Positions 17,247 to 26,414 of a stretch of 60,736 bases of DNA are shown in pieces; within the stretch, counting starts at the first letter, position 1, and every line of letters begins with the position of its first letter. Below the pieces are notes generated by a model that saw nothing but the letters and a program-made list of their open reading frames with translations, was not told where the DNA came from and ran no database searches. The stretch lies in assembly GCA_001781995.1 (NCBI GenBank), contig MFNH01000071.1:1-60736 (forward strand), written 5' to 3'. Both the position numbers and the translations under genes were made by a program. Source of the stretch: Candidatus Levybacteria bacterium RBG_16_35_11 (GTDB lineage Bacteria; Patescibacteriota; Microgenomatia; Levybacterales; UBA12049).

Positions 17247-17441
17247 AAGACATGCTAATTTTATCAGATTGAACTCATATCCACAATTTTTTCAAAAAAC
17301 TTTGGAATTTTCTGCTTATCTGTAAATTGGGAAAAATTTGAGGTATAATAATCTTGAAAGCTTAGAAGAGAGAATGCAAGTTTTGAATTCATCCGACAAA
17401 TTATTATTCGGCATCAGACTCTAAACCTCTCTGGTTAGATT

Positions 17442-19199
17442 ATGAAAAATATTCCGAAAAATCCATTTTCATTTGGTATTTTTGTCTCAAAGCCTCATAG
17501 GTGGTGGGTTATTGCGGCTTTCATTTTCGTTGCAATTGGAACAACTTTGGATAAATTCATAGTTATCGTTCTTAGAAATCTTACTGATTCCATTACTACT
17601 CAACCAATTTTATTTGATAGTGTATGGTTTTGGGCACTTTTGTTTCCGATTACTTTTATTGTTTCTGAAGGATTTTGGCGCTGTAGTGGTTTTACTGGAA
17701 TGCGTTGGTTTATGAACCTACGATCAACTGCATTTGAGTCACTCTATGAATATTTATCACTGCATAGCAAAGATTACTTTAACAGCCGATTTGCGGGTGC
17801 TTTAACTAATAAAATTTCAAATGCTGTAGATGGGGTAGAAAATCTTTTTGAAAAAATATTATGGAGATTTACCCAACTTCTTTTAGGACTTATTATCTAT
17901 ACGGTAATTGCAGGATTAAATAATCCATTACTTGGAATAATAATCATTGCATGGTCAATTATTTTTCTTGGTGTAAACATTTGGTTTGCAAAAATGCTTC
18001 ATCAGTATTCATACCTTTTCTCAAAATCTCTCTCAACCCTTAAAGGAAGGATAGTTGATTCAATTTCAAATATTTCGCTTGTTCACGAAAATGCATGGAC
18101 ATCAAGAGAGCGGGAATATATTAGTGGATTTGTAAGAAACCAACACAAAACAGGTCTTAAAGCATGGTGGCTTTCAGAATGGGTTTTAGTTGCAAACGGA
18201 TTTTTAATATTTATTTTCATGCTTTTAATGATGAGTTCCTCAATTTATTTATTTCAACAAAAGTTGATAAGTATAGGGGTAATTGTTATGGCAATTTCAA
18301 TAGTCGGGGATTTGACCGGTCAACTTTTCTTTATTGGACAAGAGATAAGGGATTCATCAAAGCTTTATGGACAGATAAAAGAAGGACTTGATGAAATTTT
18401 AAGAGAACACATAATCACAGAGTCTTTAGGAGCAAAAAATCTTAATGTTAAAAACGGAGCAATTTCAATTGAAAAGATAAACTTTGAATATGAAAATGCA
18501 AAAGTATTTAAAAATTTTTCAATAGAAATACCTGCCGGACAAAAAATTGGATTTGTGGGGAAAAGCGGAGCAGGTAAAACAACCTTAGTTTCTCTGTTGC
18601 TTCGACATTTTGATGTTTTGGATGGAGAGATAAAAATTGACGGACAAAACATTAGAGATGTAACCTTGGAAAGTTTAAGGCGTGCAATTGCATTTGTTCC
18701 CCAAGACACAAGTCTTTTTCATAGGACAATTAGAGAAAACATAAGTTACAGTAATCCCGAAGCAACCCAAAAACAAATAGAAAATGCGGCAAAATCAGCT
18801 CAAGCACACGAGTTTATCATGCAACTCCCAAGTGGCTACAACACACTAGTAGGAGAGCGTGGAGTTAAGCTTTCCGGTGGACAACGCCAACGCATAGCGG
18901 TTGCCAGAGCGTTTCTTAAGAATGCTCCAATTTTAGTTTTGGATGAGGCAACAAGTAGCTTAGATAGTGAGAGTGAGCAAGCTATACAGACGTCTCTTCA
19001 AAAACTTATGAAAAGAGGGACTGTCATTGCAATAGCTCATAGGCTATCAACTCTTAAAGAGATGGATAAGATAGTAATTATAGAAGATGGTAGGATTGTG
19101 GAGGAAGGACCACCTGCAGAATTACTTAAAAAACCCAGTGGAATTTTTAGAAGAATGTGGGAGCATCAAATCAGAGGATTTATTGTTGATGAAGAATAA
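17442..19199 (+). CDS. ABC exporter, fused permease/ATPase (MsbA/ABCB-like)
   Basis: 6 TM segments at the N-terminus, Walker A GKSGAGKTT, signature LSGGQRQR, and Walker B ILVLDEATS. Confidence 0.92.
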   Translation: MKNIPKNPFSFGIFVSKPHRWWVIAAFIFVAIGTTLDKFIVIVLRNLTDSITTQPILFDSVWFWALLFPITFIVSEGFWRCSGFTGMRWFMNLRSTAFESLYEYLSLHSKDYFNSRFAGALTNKISNAVDGVENLFEKILWRFTQLLLGLIIYTVIAGLNNPLLGIIIIAWSIIFLGVNIWFAKMLHQYSYLFSKSLSTLKGRIVDSISNISLVHENAWTSREREYISGFVRNQHKTGLKAWWLSEWVLVANGFLIFIFMLLMMSSSIYLFQQKLISIGVIVMAISIVGDLTGQLFFIGQEIRDSSKLYGQIKEGLDEILREHIITESLGAKNLNVKNGAISIEKINFEYENAKVFKNFSIEIPAGQKIGFVGKSGAGKTTLVSLLLRHFDVLDGEIKIDGQNIRDVTLESLRRAIAFVPQDTSLFHRTIRENISYSNPEATQKQIENAAKSAQAHEFIMQLPSGYNTLVGERGVKLSGGQRQRIAVARAFLKNAPILVLDEATSSLDSESEQAIQTSLQKLMKRGTVIAIAHRLSTLKEMDKIVIIEDGRIVEEGPPAELLKKPSGIFRRMWEHQIRGFIVDEE

Positions 19200-19231
19200 A
19201 ACCCTAGGGATATTATCCAATATATTGCCAC

Positions 19232-19260
19232 TTGAAATATGGAATTAAACGAAGTATATT
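19232..19260 (+). promoter_or_regulatory. promoter TTGAAA-17nt-TATATT
   Basis: TTGAAA at 19232-19237 and TATATT at 19255-19260; the ATG at 19272 is 11 nt downstream. Confidence 0.45.
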
Positions 19261-19271
19261 AAACAAAACAA

Positions 19272-20084
19272 ATGTTGCATGAGATTAAAAAATCTCTGCC
19301 CACCTCAGAACAAATAGCTCTAGTCAATATGGAGCGACTCCGAAATAATCCTTATCCTGGAAGAGGAATCGTAATGGGTTTTGATGCCGAAGGAAAAACA
19401 GCCATCCAAATTTATTGGGTTATGGGTAGAAGTAAAAATTCAAGGAACAGAAAATTAGTGCTTAAAGACGGCGTTGTAAAAACTGTTCCCTTTAGAAAAA
19501 GATTAGTAGAGGATCCAAGTTTAATTATTTACAATGCAATGCGTTCAATTAATGGTGCACATATCGTCACAAATGGACATCAGACAGATGCACTCTTTGA
19601 GGGTATAAAAAACGAGGAACATTTCCCTGATGTTTTATCACAATGGAGTGAAGAACCTGATAAGCCAAACTATACTCCAAGAATCTCAGGAATTGTATTT
19701 CCAAAGAAAACTAGCGCATGGTCAGGTGATACTTCCTCGATGGTCTTTTCTGAAATAAGAAGAAGCAGATCCGGTCAAACCATTCACGAATATTATCCGT
19801 ATAACTCTGGAATCCTGCCGGGTTTTGGTAAATGTATCCATACATATGAAGGAGATGGCAAACCACTTCCTTCTTTTAGAGGAAACCCCTACTCTGTTTT
19901 ATTGGAGGGATCTATTGATCAAATTGCAAAAACTTATTGGGACTTATTAGATAAAAATAATAGAGTAGCTTTGGCTGTAAAAACAATAGATTTAGAATCT
20001 GGCGATGTAGACTATCGTATTATTAACAAATTAAGCATACTCCATCCTAGAGCAGTTTTAGTATTTCAATTCTCCAGAAATTAA
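19272..20084 (+). CDS. IMP cyclohydrolase-like protein (PurO family)
   Basis: NPYPGRGIVMG ... YWVMGRSKNSRNR ... DPSLIIYNAM ... HIVTNGHQTD matches my recollection of PF07826-type bacterial sequences. Not verifiable here. Confidence 0.5.
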   Translation: MLHEIKKSLPTSEQIALVNMERLRNNPYPGRGIVMGFDAEGKTAIQIYWVMGRSKNSRNRKLVLKDGVVKTVPFRKRLVEDPSLIIYNAMRSINGAHIVTNGHQTDALFEGIKNEEHFPDVLSQWSEEPDKPNYTPRISGIVFPKKTSAWSGDTSSMVFSEIRRSRSGQTIHEYYPYNSGILPGFGKCIHTYEGDGKPLPSFRGNPYSVLLEGSIDQIAKTYWDLLDKNNRVALAVKTIDLESGDVDYRIINKLSILHPRAVLVFQFSRN

Positions 20085-20110
20085 CAGTCCATTTGTTTCC
20101 TTGGTATAAT
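20081..20110 (+). promoter_or_regulatory. promoter TTAACA-18nt-(TG)GTATAAT; the -10 ends 6 nt before ATG 20117
   Basis: TTAACA at 20081-20086 and TATAAT at 20105-20110. Confidence 0.45.
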
Positions 20111-20116
20111 TCATAT

Positions 20117-20665
20117 ATGTCAGAAGCTGAAGACACGAAAGAACAGGGGCCTGCGCCACGAATTGAAACAGTTAGATGTATTATTGAAGACAGTCAAGGA
20201 AAGATTCTTTTACTTCAAAAAGCGAAAGATTCAAAAGCAAAAGGACTTTTTGAATTTCCAGGCGGAAAAATAGATAGCATTGCAGGCGATTCTTCCACTT
20301 ACGCCGAACAATTAAAGGCTGTTGTAAAAGAGATTGAAGAAGAAACCGGAATAGATATTTCAAGATGCAGCCCACAAAAATCTGATGAGTTTACTTATCA
20401 ATTTACAGCGGGAAATCATTTGCACGAAAGAATGGTTCACTTATTTTTTGTTAGATTACCAATAGTAAACAATGAAGTATCAATTAATAGCACACTAAAT
20501 CCTGCTGGACTATCGGAAGACAAACACACGCATTTTAATTGGGTTACGAAAGCCGATCTATTAAGAATGAGAGCAGAAGGTAAACTTTCGGGGAATTCTC
20601 AACATTTTGAAACTATTCTCAAGGGTTCCTCACAACATAACAACCCTCTTAATCCGAGACCTTGA
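20117..20665 (+). CDS. NUDIX hydrolase
   Basis: Nudix box variant GGKID...KEIEEETGI. The start is moved to ATG 20117 because the -10 lies inside the ORF-track extension. Confidence 0.7.
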   Translation: MSEAEDTKEQGPAPRIETVRCIIEDSQGKILLLQKAKDSKAKGLFEFPGGKIDSIAGDSSTYAEQLKAVVKEIEEETGIDISRCSPQKSDEFTYQFTAGNHLHERMVHLFFVRLPIVNNEVSINSTLNPAGLSEDKHTHFNWVTKADLLRMRAEGKLSGNSQHFETILKGSSQHNNPLNPRP

Positions 20666-20677
20666 TATAATAATTGA

Positions 20678-21538
20678 ATGTGGTTGCCCTTTAGTTTCCT
20701 TAATGCTTTCTTTGATTCCTTTACAAATGTTTTTGCAAAAAGGGGATTGCAAAAAATTGACAACCTTTCAGTTGTCTGGTCACATAGGTTTTTTGGCATT
20801 TTGATACTTATCCCATTGGCAATTGCAACGTCTTCTTTTAAACCGGTGTCCTTTAATTTCTGGCCTGCATTGATTGGAAGTTCGATCATTAACACAGTTA
20901 CCGCAATTCTTTATGCAAAGGCAATAAAAGATTCAGATCTTTCTCTTGTCTTACCAATCATTACATTAACCCCTATATTTTTATTATTTACATCTCCCTT
21001 AATACTTGGTGAATTTCCAAAAACAATTGGAGTTGTCGGAATTGTATTTACAGTATTGGGGGCATATGTTCTAAATTTCAGTCAGAGAAAGTATGGCTTT
21101 TTCAAGCCCTTAATTAGCATTGTCAAGGAAAGCGGGCCAAGGTTAATGTTAATTATTGCTTTTTTATGGAGTATCTCCGCAAACCTAGATAAGATCGCAA
21201 TTAAGAACTCCAATCCATTACTTTATGCAGTCTCTATTGTTTTTGTTATGCTTGTTCTACTAACTGCAATTTTAATTTTCTATAAGACCTCTTTTAAAAA
21301 TATTTTTAGAAATAGCCGTATTCTTGCGCCAATAGGAGTGTCAGCTGGACTATCCACTTTTTTTCAGTTTTTTGCATTATCTTTAACAATTGTCCCTAAC
21401 GTAATTTCTGTAAAAAGGACAAGTGCAATTTTTAGTGTTTTTTGGGGAAAGTTGTTTTTTAAGGAAGAAAAGATTAAGGAAAGATTAATTGGAGCAATTG
21501 TTATGGTTTTGGGGGTAGTTTTAATTGCAATAAGCTGA
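20678..21538 (+). CDS. EamA/DMT-superfamily transporter
   Basis: 10 predicted TM segments arranged as two EamA-like halves; 286 aa. Confidence 0.7.
   Translation: MWLPFSFLNAFFDSFTNVFAKRGLQKIDNLSVVWSHRFFGILILIPLAIATSSFKPVSFNFWPALIGSSIINTVTAILYAKAIKDSDLSLVLPIITLTPIFLLFTSPLILGEFPKTIGVVGIVFTVLGAYVLNFSQRKYGFFKPLISIVKESGPRLMLIIAFLWSISANLDKIAIKNSNPLLYAVSIVFVMLVLLTAILIFYKTSFKNIFRNSRILAPIGVSAGLSTFFQFFALSLTIVPNVISVKRTSAIFSVFWGKLFFKEEKIKERLIGAIVMVLGVVLIAIS
21484..21538 (+). repeat. direct repeat R1 (the functional 3' end of the EamA gene)
   Basis: Matches 22180-22232 at about 49 of 55 aligned positions by hand. Confidence 0.7.
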
Positions 21539-21583
21539 TTCTCTTGAAAACTACTCTTGAAACAACTTTGATATACTTAAAAA

Positions 21584-22141
21584 ATGAACAGCTTGCAAAA
21601 ATTTAAATACAAGAACTGTTTTTTCTTCTTAATTTCTTTTCTAATTGCAATTTTTCTTTTTAAAATACCACAAGTTCAATCATTTTTATTTAACTTAGGT
21701 AATTTTGGTTATTTTGGTGCCTTTATTGGAGGAATGCTCTTTGTGTCAACTTTTACGATAGCAATTGGTGCGCTGGTACTTATGATACTTGCAAATACTC
21801 TTTCGCCACTAGAGATAGGAATTATTGCGGGAATCGGAGCTGTAGTTGGAGATTTTACCATTTTCCGATTTGTAAAAAATAATCTTTCAGGGGAACTAGA
21901 AGAAATTTATAACAAAATTGACACAAATCACCACATTATAAAGATTCTCCATACTAAATATTTCAGTTGGACATTACCAGTAATAGGGGCAATTATTATT
22001 GCATCTCCGCTTCCCGATGAAATAGGAGTAAGCCTTATGGGGATATCTAAGATGAAAGTCTATCAGTTTCTAATAACATCATTTATATTAAATACAATTG
22101 GAATATTTCTCGTAATTTCGGCAGGATTAATAATTAAGTAA
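21584..22141 (+). CDS. hypothetical polytopic membrane protein (185 aa), bracketed by R1/R2
   Basis: About 5 TM segments. Its own -10 TATACT at 21572-21577 ends 6 nt before the ATG. Confidence 0.6.
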   Translation: MNSLQKFKYKNCFFFLISFLIAIFLFKIPQVQSFLFNLGNFGYFGAFIGGMLFVSTFTIAIGALVLMILANTLSPLEIGIIAGIGAVVGDFTIFRFVKNNLSGELEEIYNKIDTNHHIIKILHTKYFSWTLPVIGAIIIASPLPDEIGVSLMGISKMKVYQFLITSFILNTIGIFLVISAGLIIK

Positions 22142-22179
22142 ATGACTTCTAGACGGTGTGAGTAAAAGTGGTAGCACCT

Positions 22180-22232
22180 ATTAATTGGACAATAGTTATG
22201 GTTTAGGGGTAGTCTTAATTGCAATAAGCTAA
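22180..22232 (+). repeat. direct repeat R2 (decayed copy of the EamA 3' end, with an in-frame stop)
   Basis: attaattggacaatagttatggtttaggggtagtcttaattgcaataagctaa, compared with R1. It ends 17 nt before the hydrolase ATG. Confidence 0.7.
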
Positions 22233-22249
22233 GAAGAGACTCGTGATTT

Positions 22250-22990
22250 ATGAAGAGTAGTTTTTGTAATTTAGAAAGCCAAAAATTACATTATTTGGAG
22301 AAAGGTAAAGGGAAAACCATCGTTCTTTTACCATCTCTTTGGATAACCAGTAGACCCTTTGAGGAGATTGGAGAGAAACTTTCCAAAAAATACCATATAA
22401 TCATCCCAGATCTTTATAAAGGTAAATCAATTTTTACAAAAAGAGCAACAAATGTTTCAGATTATTTAAATGCTTTAGAAGAATTTTTAATAAAACTTAG
22501 AATTTCAAAATATTTTTTAATTGGGATTTCGGGAAGTGGTTTTCTAGTTACTAGTTTTATTGAACAAACTTTAAATAAACCAATTAAAGTTCTTCTGTTT
22601 AGCACATCATTTAATTCAGCCGCATTTCCCGAGAAAAGATTTTTTTTCATATTTAAGGGATATTTAAAAATGTTTGCGGTTAACTTTGCCACCTTAGAAA
22701 AAATCAAGGTGATCCTACCTGTTTTGCGCGATGCGTTTTCCTTTCTTGGCACCCATCCTAAGCAATTCATTAGCGAAGCTTTTATACCAATAGGTGGCTT
22801 AACTAATAAACCCTGCGTTTCAACAACCTTATTTATTTCCAAGAAAGATGAATTTTTCCCTTATAAAAAATTACTTGATTTAAACAAGTCGATAAAGGAT
22901 TTGAAAACAGTGACTTTAAACGAAAGACATATATGGTTTTTTCTCAAGAAAGATAAATTTGTTAAAGAAATAGCAGGGGTAGTTGGTTAA
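22250..22990 (+). CDS. alpha/beta-fold hydrolase
   Basis: Nucleophile elbow GISGSG and an N-terminal HYLEKGKGKTIVLLP typical of the fold. Confidence 0.7.
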   Translation: MKSSFCNLESQKLHYLEKGKGKTIVLLPSLWITSRPFEEIGEKLSKKYHIIIPDLYKGKSIFTKRATNVSDYLNALEEFLIKLRISKYFLIGISGSGFLVTSFIEQTLNKPIKVLLFSTSFNSAAFPEKRFFFIFKGYLKMFAVNFATLEKIKVILPVLRDAFSFLGTHPKQFISEAFIPIGGLTNKPCVSTTLFISKKDEFFPYKKLLDLNKSIKDLKTVTLNERHIWFFLKKDKFVKEIAGVVG

Positions 22991-22993
22991 GTT

Positions 22994-23173
22994 TTAAATT
23001 ATTGTATAAATAAAAGGCGCTATTCCAGTTGATTGGGCAAAGATAAGAATCATTCCAAAGATTATTAGGATAATTATAAAGGGGATTAAAAACCAAAGTT
23101 TTACCTTCCACAAAAATTTAATTAAATCCGAAAACTCCGAAGTCCTGTTTTTAACTCCTCTGACTATACTCAC
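22994..23173 (-). CDS. small membrane protein, DUF5989-like (59 codons from GTG; not in the ORF track)
   Basis: Translation ...EFSDLIKFLWKVKLWFLIPFIIILIIFGMILIFAQSTGIAPFIYTII*. The C-terminal APFIYT motif and the position next to a carbamoyltransferase fit my recollection of the family. Confidence 0.5.
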   Translation of the reverse strand: MSIVRGVKNRTSEFSDLIKFLWKVKLWFLIPFIIILIIFGMILIFAQSTGIAPFIYTII

Positions 23174-23188
23174 TGTTTTGATGATAGC

Positions 23189-24976
23189 CTAATTTAAATC
23201 TTTCTTCAATACAACAAATTTTTCCAAAACTAAAATATCCAAGCCTGATTTTCTAAATGTATTCATTGCATCTTTTGGAGAATTAACAATTGGTTCTCCC
23301 TTTAAATTAAACGATGTATTTAGTAAAACATATACGCCTGTTTTGTCTCCAAAGCTTTTTATAATGTTGTAATATCTTGCGTTTTGTTTTTTGGAAATAA
23401 TCTGCGGTCTGGCAGATCCGTCAATATGGGTTACAGCTGGAATTACTTTTCTTTTATCTTTTTTAACCTGAAATACTCCTAACATAAAGTTAGTAAGCTT
23501 TGAATGGTCTTTTTCTCCCACCTCAAAATAATCTTTTGCCTTTTCCGAAAGAACTACCGGCGCAAAAGGACGGTATGGTTCCCGAAATTTTATGGTTACA
23601 TTTACAATATCTTTCATTTCCTCGGTTGTGGGATTGGCAAGAATTGATCTTGACCCCAAAGCCCTTGGTCCCCATTCCGCTCTTCCATGGAAAAATCCAA
23701 TTATTTTTTTATTGATAAGTTCATTAGATAAATAATCAATAAGCTTAGTCTCTGATTTAAAGTGTGAATATTTTATTCTCCCTCTTTTTAAAAATTTTTC
23801 TATTTCTTTTTCCGAAAATCCAATCCCAAAGTATGAATTGTCCTGGGTAAATATTCTCTTTTTGCCTAAAATTGCATGATAAATATATAAGGCAGCTCCC
23901 ATTGCTCCTCCGTCATCACCTGCTGCCGGCTGAACAAAGATTTGTTTAAATGGAGACTTTCTTAAAAGCACTCCGTTTGCAACACTATTTAAACCTATCC
24001 CGCCAACCAAGCAAAGGTTTTCAATTTTTGTTTTCTCATAAAGCTTTTTTGCAAACATCAGCAATATCTCCTCGGTTAGCGCCTGAATGGATACGGCAAT
24101 ATCTGCAAAGTGCTGATTTAATTCGCAAAGCTCCTTGTAATTTTTAGGTTTTTCTCCAAAATATGTTGGAAACCCTGAGTTTTTAGTGAAAAAATACAAG
24201 TCTTTAGGACGTGGTTTTCCAAATAAATCGGTAAATTTATTAGTATAAGATTTATCAGCAGATTTATGAAAACTGAAATAGTCCATGTTCAAAGCATATG
24301 ACCCGTCGGGAAATACTCTAATTAGCTTTTTCACTTTATTTAGATATTTTGGCTTTCCATAAGGAGCCATTCCCATTACCTTGTATTCGCCGTCATTTAC
24401 TTCAAAACCCAAAAAAGCAGTAAAAGTTGAATATAAAAGGCCAAGGCTGTGTGGAAATCTTATTTCTTTTTCAAGTGTTATCTTATTTCCTACACCATAT
24501 CCTATTGCGGTAGTTGTAAATTCTCCTACTGCGTCAAATGTCATAATTGCCGCTTTTTCAAAACCGGAAGGATAAAAACATGCGGCAGCATGAGAAAGAT
24601 GATGGGGGACAAACAAAACTTTTTTGCTATCAACATCAAGCTTTCCAGATATTATTGATCTAACCCAAAGTTTTTCGGTTAGCCAATTTAACATTGCTTT
24701 TACAAAAAGACGCGAAGAAATTGGATAAGTTTGTAAGATTGATACTAAAATACGTTGGAACTTCCAAAAAGGCTTTTCATAGAAAACAACATAATCTAAA
24801 TCTTTTGCATTAATTTTTGCCTCTTTTAAACAAAATTCAATCGCAAGCTTGGGAAACCCACTATCGTGTTTAATTCTACTAAATCTTTCCTCGGCAGAAG
24901 CGGCAACAATTTTGCCGTCATTAATTAGACAAGCGGCAGATTCATGGTAAAAACATGATATTCCTAAAATGTACAT
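23189..24976 (-). CDS. carbamoyltransferase (NodU/CmcH family)
   Basis: N-terminus ILGISCFYHESAACLINDGKIVAASAEERFSRIKHD and C-terminus TSFNLKGEPIV; 595 aa. Confidence 0.92.
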   Translation of the reverse strand: MYILGISCFYHESAACLINDGKIVAASAEERFSRIKHDSGFPKLAIEFCLKEAKINAKDLDYVVFYEKPFWKFQRILVSILQTYPISSRLFVKAMLNWLTEKLWVRSIISGKLDVDSKKVLFVPHHLSHAAACFYPSGFEKAAIMTFDAVGEFTTTAIGYGVGNKITLEKEIRFPHSLGLLYSTFTAFLGFEVNDGEYKVMGMAPYGKPKYLNKVKKLIRVFPDGSYALNMDYFSFHKSADKSYTNKFTDLFGKPRPKDLYFFTKNSGFPTYFGEKPKNYKELCELNQHFADIAVSIQALTEEILLMFAKKLYEKTKIENLCLVGGIGLNSVANGVLLRKSPFKQIFVQPAAGDDGGAMGAALYIYHAILGKKRIFTQDNSYFGIGFSEKEIEKFLKRGRIKYSHFKSETKLIDYLSNELINKKIIGFFHGRAEWGPRALGSRSILANPTTEEMKDIVNVTIKFREPYRPFAPVVLSEKAKDYFEVGEKDHSKLTNFMLGVFQVKKDKRKVIPAVTHIDGSARPQIISKKQNARYYNIIKSFGDKTGVYVLLNTSFNLKGEPIVNSPKDAMNTFRKSGLDILVLEKFVVLKKDLN

Positions 24977-25212
24977 TAGTAGGGATTTTTAGCTTTTTCT
25001 AGATTGTCGTTTAAATAATCCCAGTTTGAAAAGGTTGATCTCTTTGATTTATTTTTAATGTTAAGAGGATCGGAAGCAAAGTGAAAAATAATTCCTACAG
25101 TCCAAAGAATTAAAAAGTAAAAAAGGGTAAAAATTATTTGTGCTTGGAAATTGGCAACGATTCTTCCGAATTTCTTCCATTTATCCCAACCGCTTTTTAA
25201 TTTACTCCTCAT
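24976..25212 (-). CDS. small membrane protein (78 aa)
   Basis: ORF with two hydrophobic helices, coupled by overlap to both neighbouring genes. Confidence 0.5.
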   Translation of the reverse strand: MRSKLKSGWDKWKKFGRIVANFQAQIIFTLFYFLILWTVGIIFHFASDPLNIKNKSKRSTFSNWDYLNDNLEKAKNPY

Positions 25213-26326
25213 CTTTTATAAGGTATGTTTTGTCTCCTTTTCTCTCAAGTAAAGGAGCTATCGAATTATACAATAAATTCGTAGCAAGTCGATGAACATA
25301 TTCATTCGGGTGATAGTCAAATCTACTAACAGTTAGTTGGTTGGGATTTTTTCCTTTTAACTCGGGTAGCAAATCAACAACTTTTGAGACACCACTATCT
25401 AAAAATGTATTTGCCATTTTTTTGTGGATATTAATTGCATCCTTGGGGTAATCGGGGAGAAAATACAGGAAAGGAAAAATAATTGCTACAACTTTTTTCC
25501 CTTCACCTGTTAACTCCTTATTAAAAGAGCTAATTAAATCGTAATGGTGGTTAAATATTTCCGGATTATTGTATTGGGACAAATCTGCTTTTCCCATACC
25601 CTCAAAAACCCGGCCGTATTTTGCATTTATTCTCCAGTAAACATAATCAAAAAAGAAAGAATTGTTTAATACGAATTCAATAATCGGTGATGTTTGTTTT
25701 CTCTGCTCGTTCTGAAGAATTGCCTCCCCCGCGCTCCTTGAAGCTTCCTCTGCATCGTTTAAGAAATATGACCAGATTAAAATATCAAAATTAAACCTTT
25801 TTACCCTTTCATATTCTTGGACTTCTTGCTCGGTATCAAAACCAGGAACTCCAAAATTATAGACTTCAGCGTTGTAGCCGTCTTTTAAAAGCTTTTCCTC
25901 AAGTAAATTTGAAAATCTGTTATTAGTATCTTTAATTCCATATCCGAAAGCCATTGAGTCACCCATAACCCCTATTCGCACCGTTCCTTCCTCTTTTTGA
26001 ACTGCAAAGTCTTTATCTCGGTATTGGTAATTATTGTAAATAACGTGTCTTTGATCCCATTTGTGAGAAACCTTTAGAAATCCAAGACTATCTGAAACAT
26101 CAAAGCTATACCTAAAATAACCCTCAAACGCAGAATAAATAAGAATAATGAAAAAGAAAGTAAAGATAATTAAAACATAAAATCCCTTCTTATTTTCCGA
26201 AACAGTCGATTTACTAATTTTTAGAAGAAGAAAAACGCAGACAAGAAACGCTATCAAAATTGTCAATAAATAAAGGTAAAAATCCTTTAAAAAGTATCCA
26301 AGATGACCCCAAAGGCTTATTAGCAT
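25202..26326 (-). CDS. membrane-anchored SGNH/GDSL hydrolase
   Basis: 2 N-terminal TM segments, block I GVMGDSMAFGYG, and a C-terminal DYHPN (DxxH). Confidence 0.75.
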   Translation of the reverse strand: MLISLWGHLGYFLKDFYLYLLTILIAFLVCVFLLLKISKSTVSENKKGFYVLIIFTFFFIILIYSAFEGYFRYSFDVSDSLGFLKVSHKWDQRHVIYNNYQYRDKDFAVQKEEGTVRIGVMGDSMAFGYGIKDTNNRFSNLLEEKLLKDGYNAEVYNFGVPGFDTEQEVQEYERVKRFNFDILIWSYFLNDAEEASRSAGEAILQNEQRKQTSPIIEFVLNNSFFFDYVYWRINAKYGRVFEGMGKADLSQYNNPEIFNHHYDLISSFNKELTGEGKKVVAIIFPFLYFLPDYPKDAINIHKKMANTFLDSGVSKVVDLLPELKGKNPNQLTVSRFDYHPNEYVHRLATNLLYNSIAPLLERKGDKTYLIKDEE

Positions 26327-26414
26327 GAATAATTACGTTTTAAAAAAATATTAAGACAATAAGATTGCTCATGTCAAGAACTACTAAATGTAAATGAAGC
26401 GTTTATTTTAAAAA

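Noticed and set aside
18164-18709. Nested ORFs inside the ABC exporter, plus similar cases elsewhere (20181-20375, 22462-22842, 23500-24658, 31145-31856, 32609-32812, 33847-34074, 38486-39095, 41277-41501, 45117-46106, 48974-50321, 50978-52542, 54883-55065, 56565-57613, 58437-59933)
   Set aside because: All are embedded in, or antisense to, longer ORFs with clear family motifs. None has independent support.
20599-20895. A 98-aa minus-strand ORF and a 65-aa plus-strand ORF spanning the NUDIX/EamA junction
   Set aside because: They overlap the end of the NUDIX gene and the start of the EamA gene, have no motif, and conflict with two better-supported genes.
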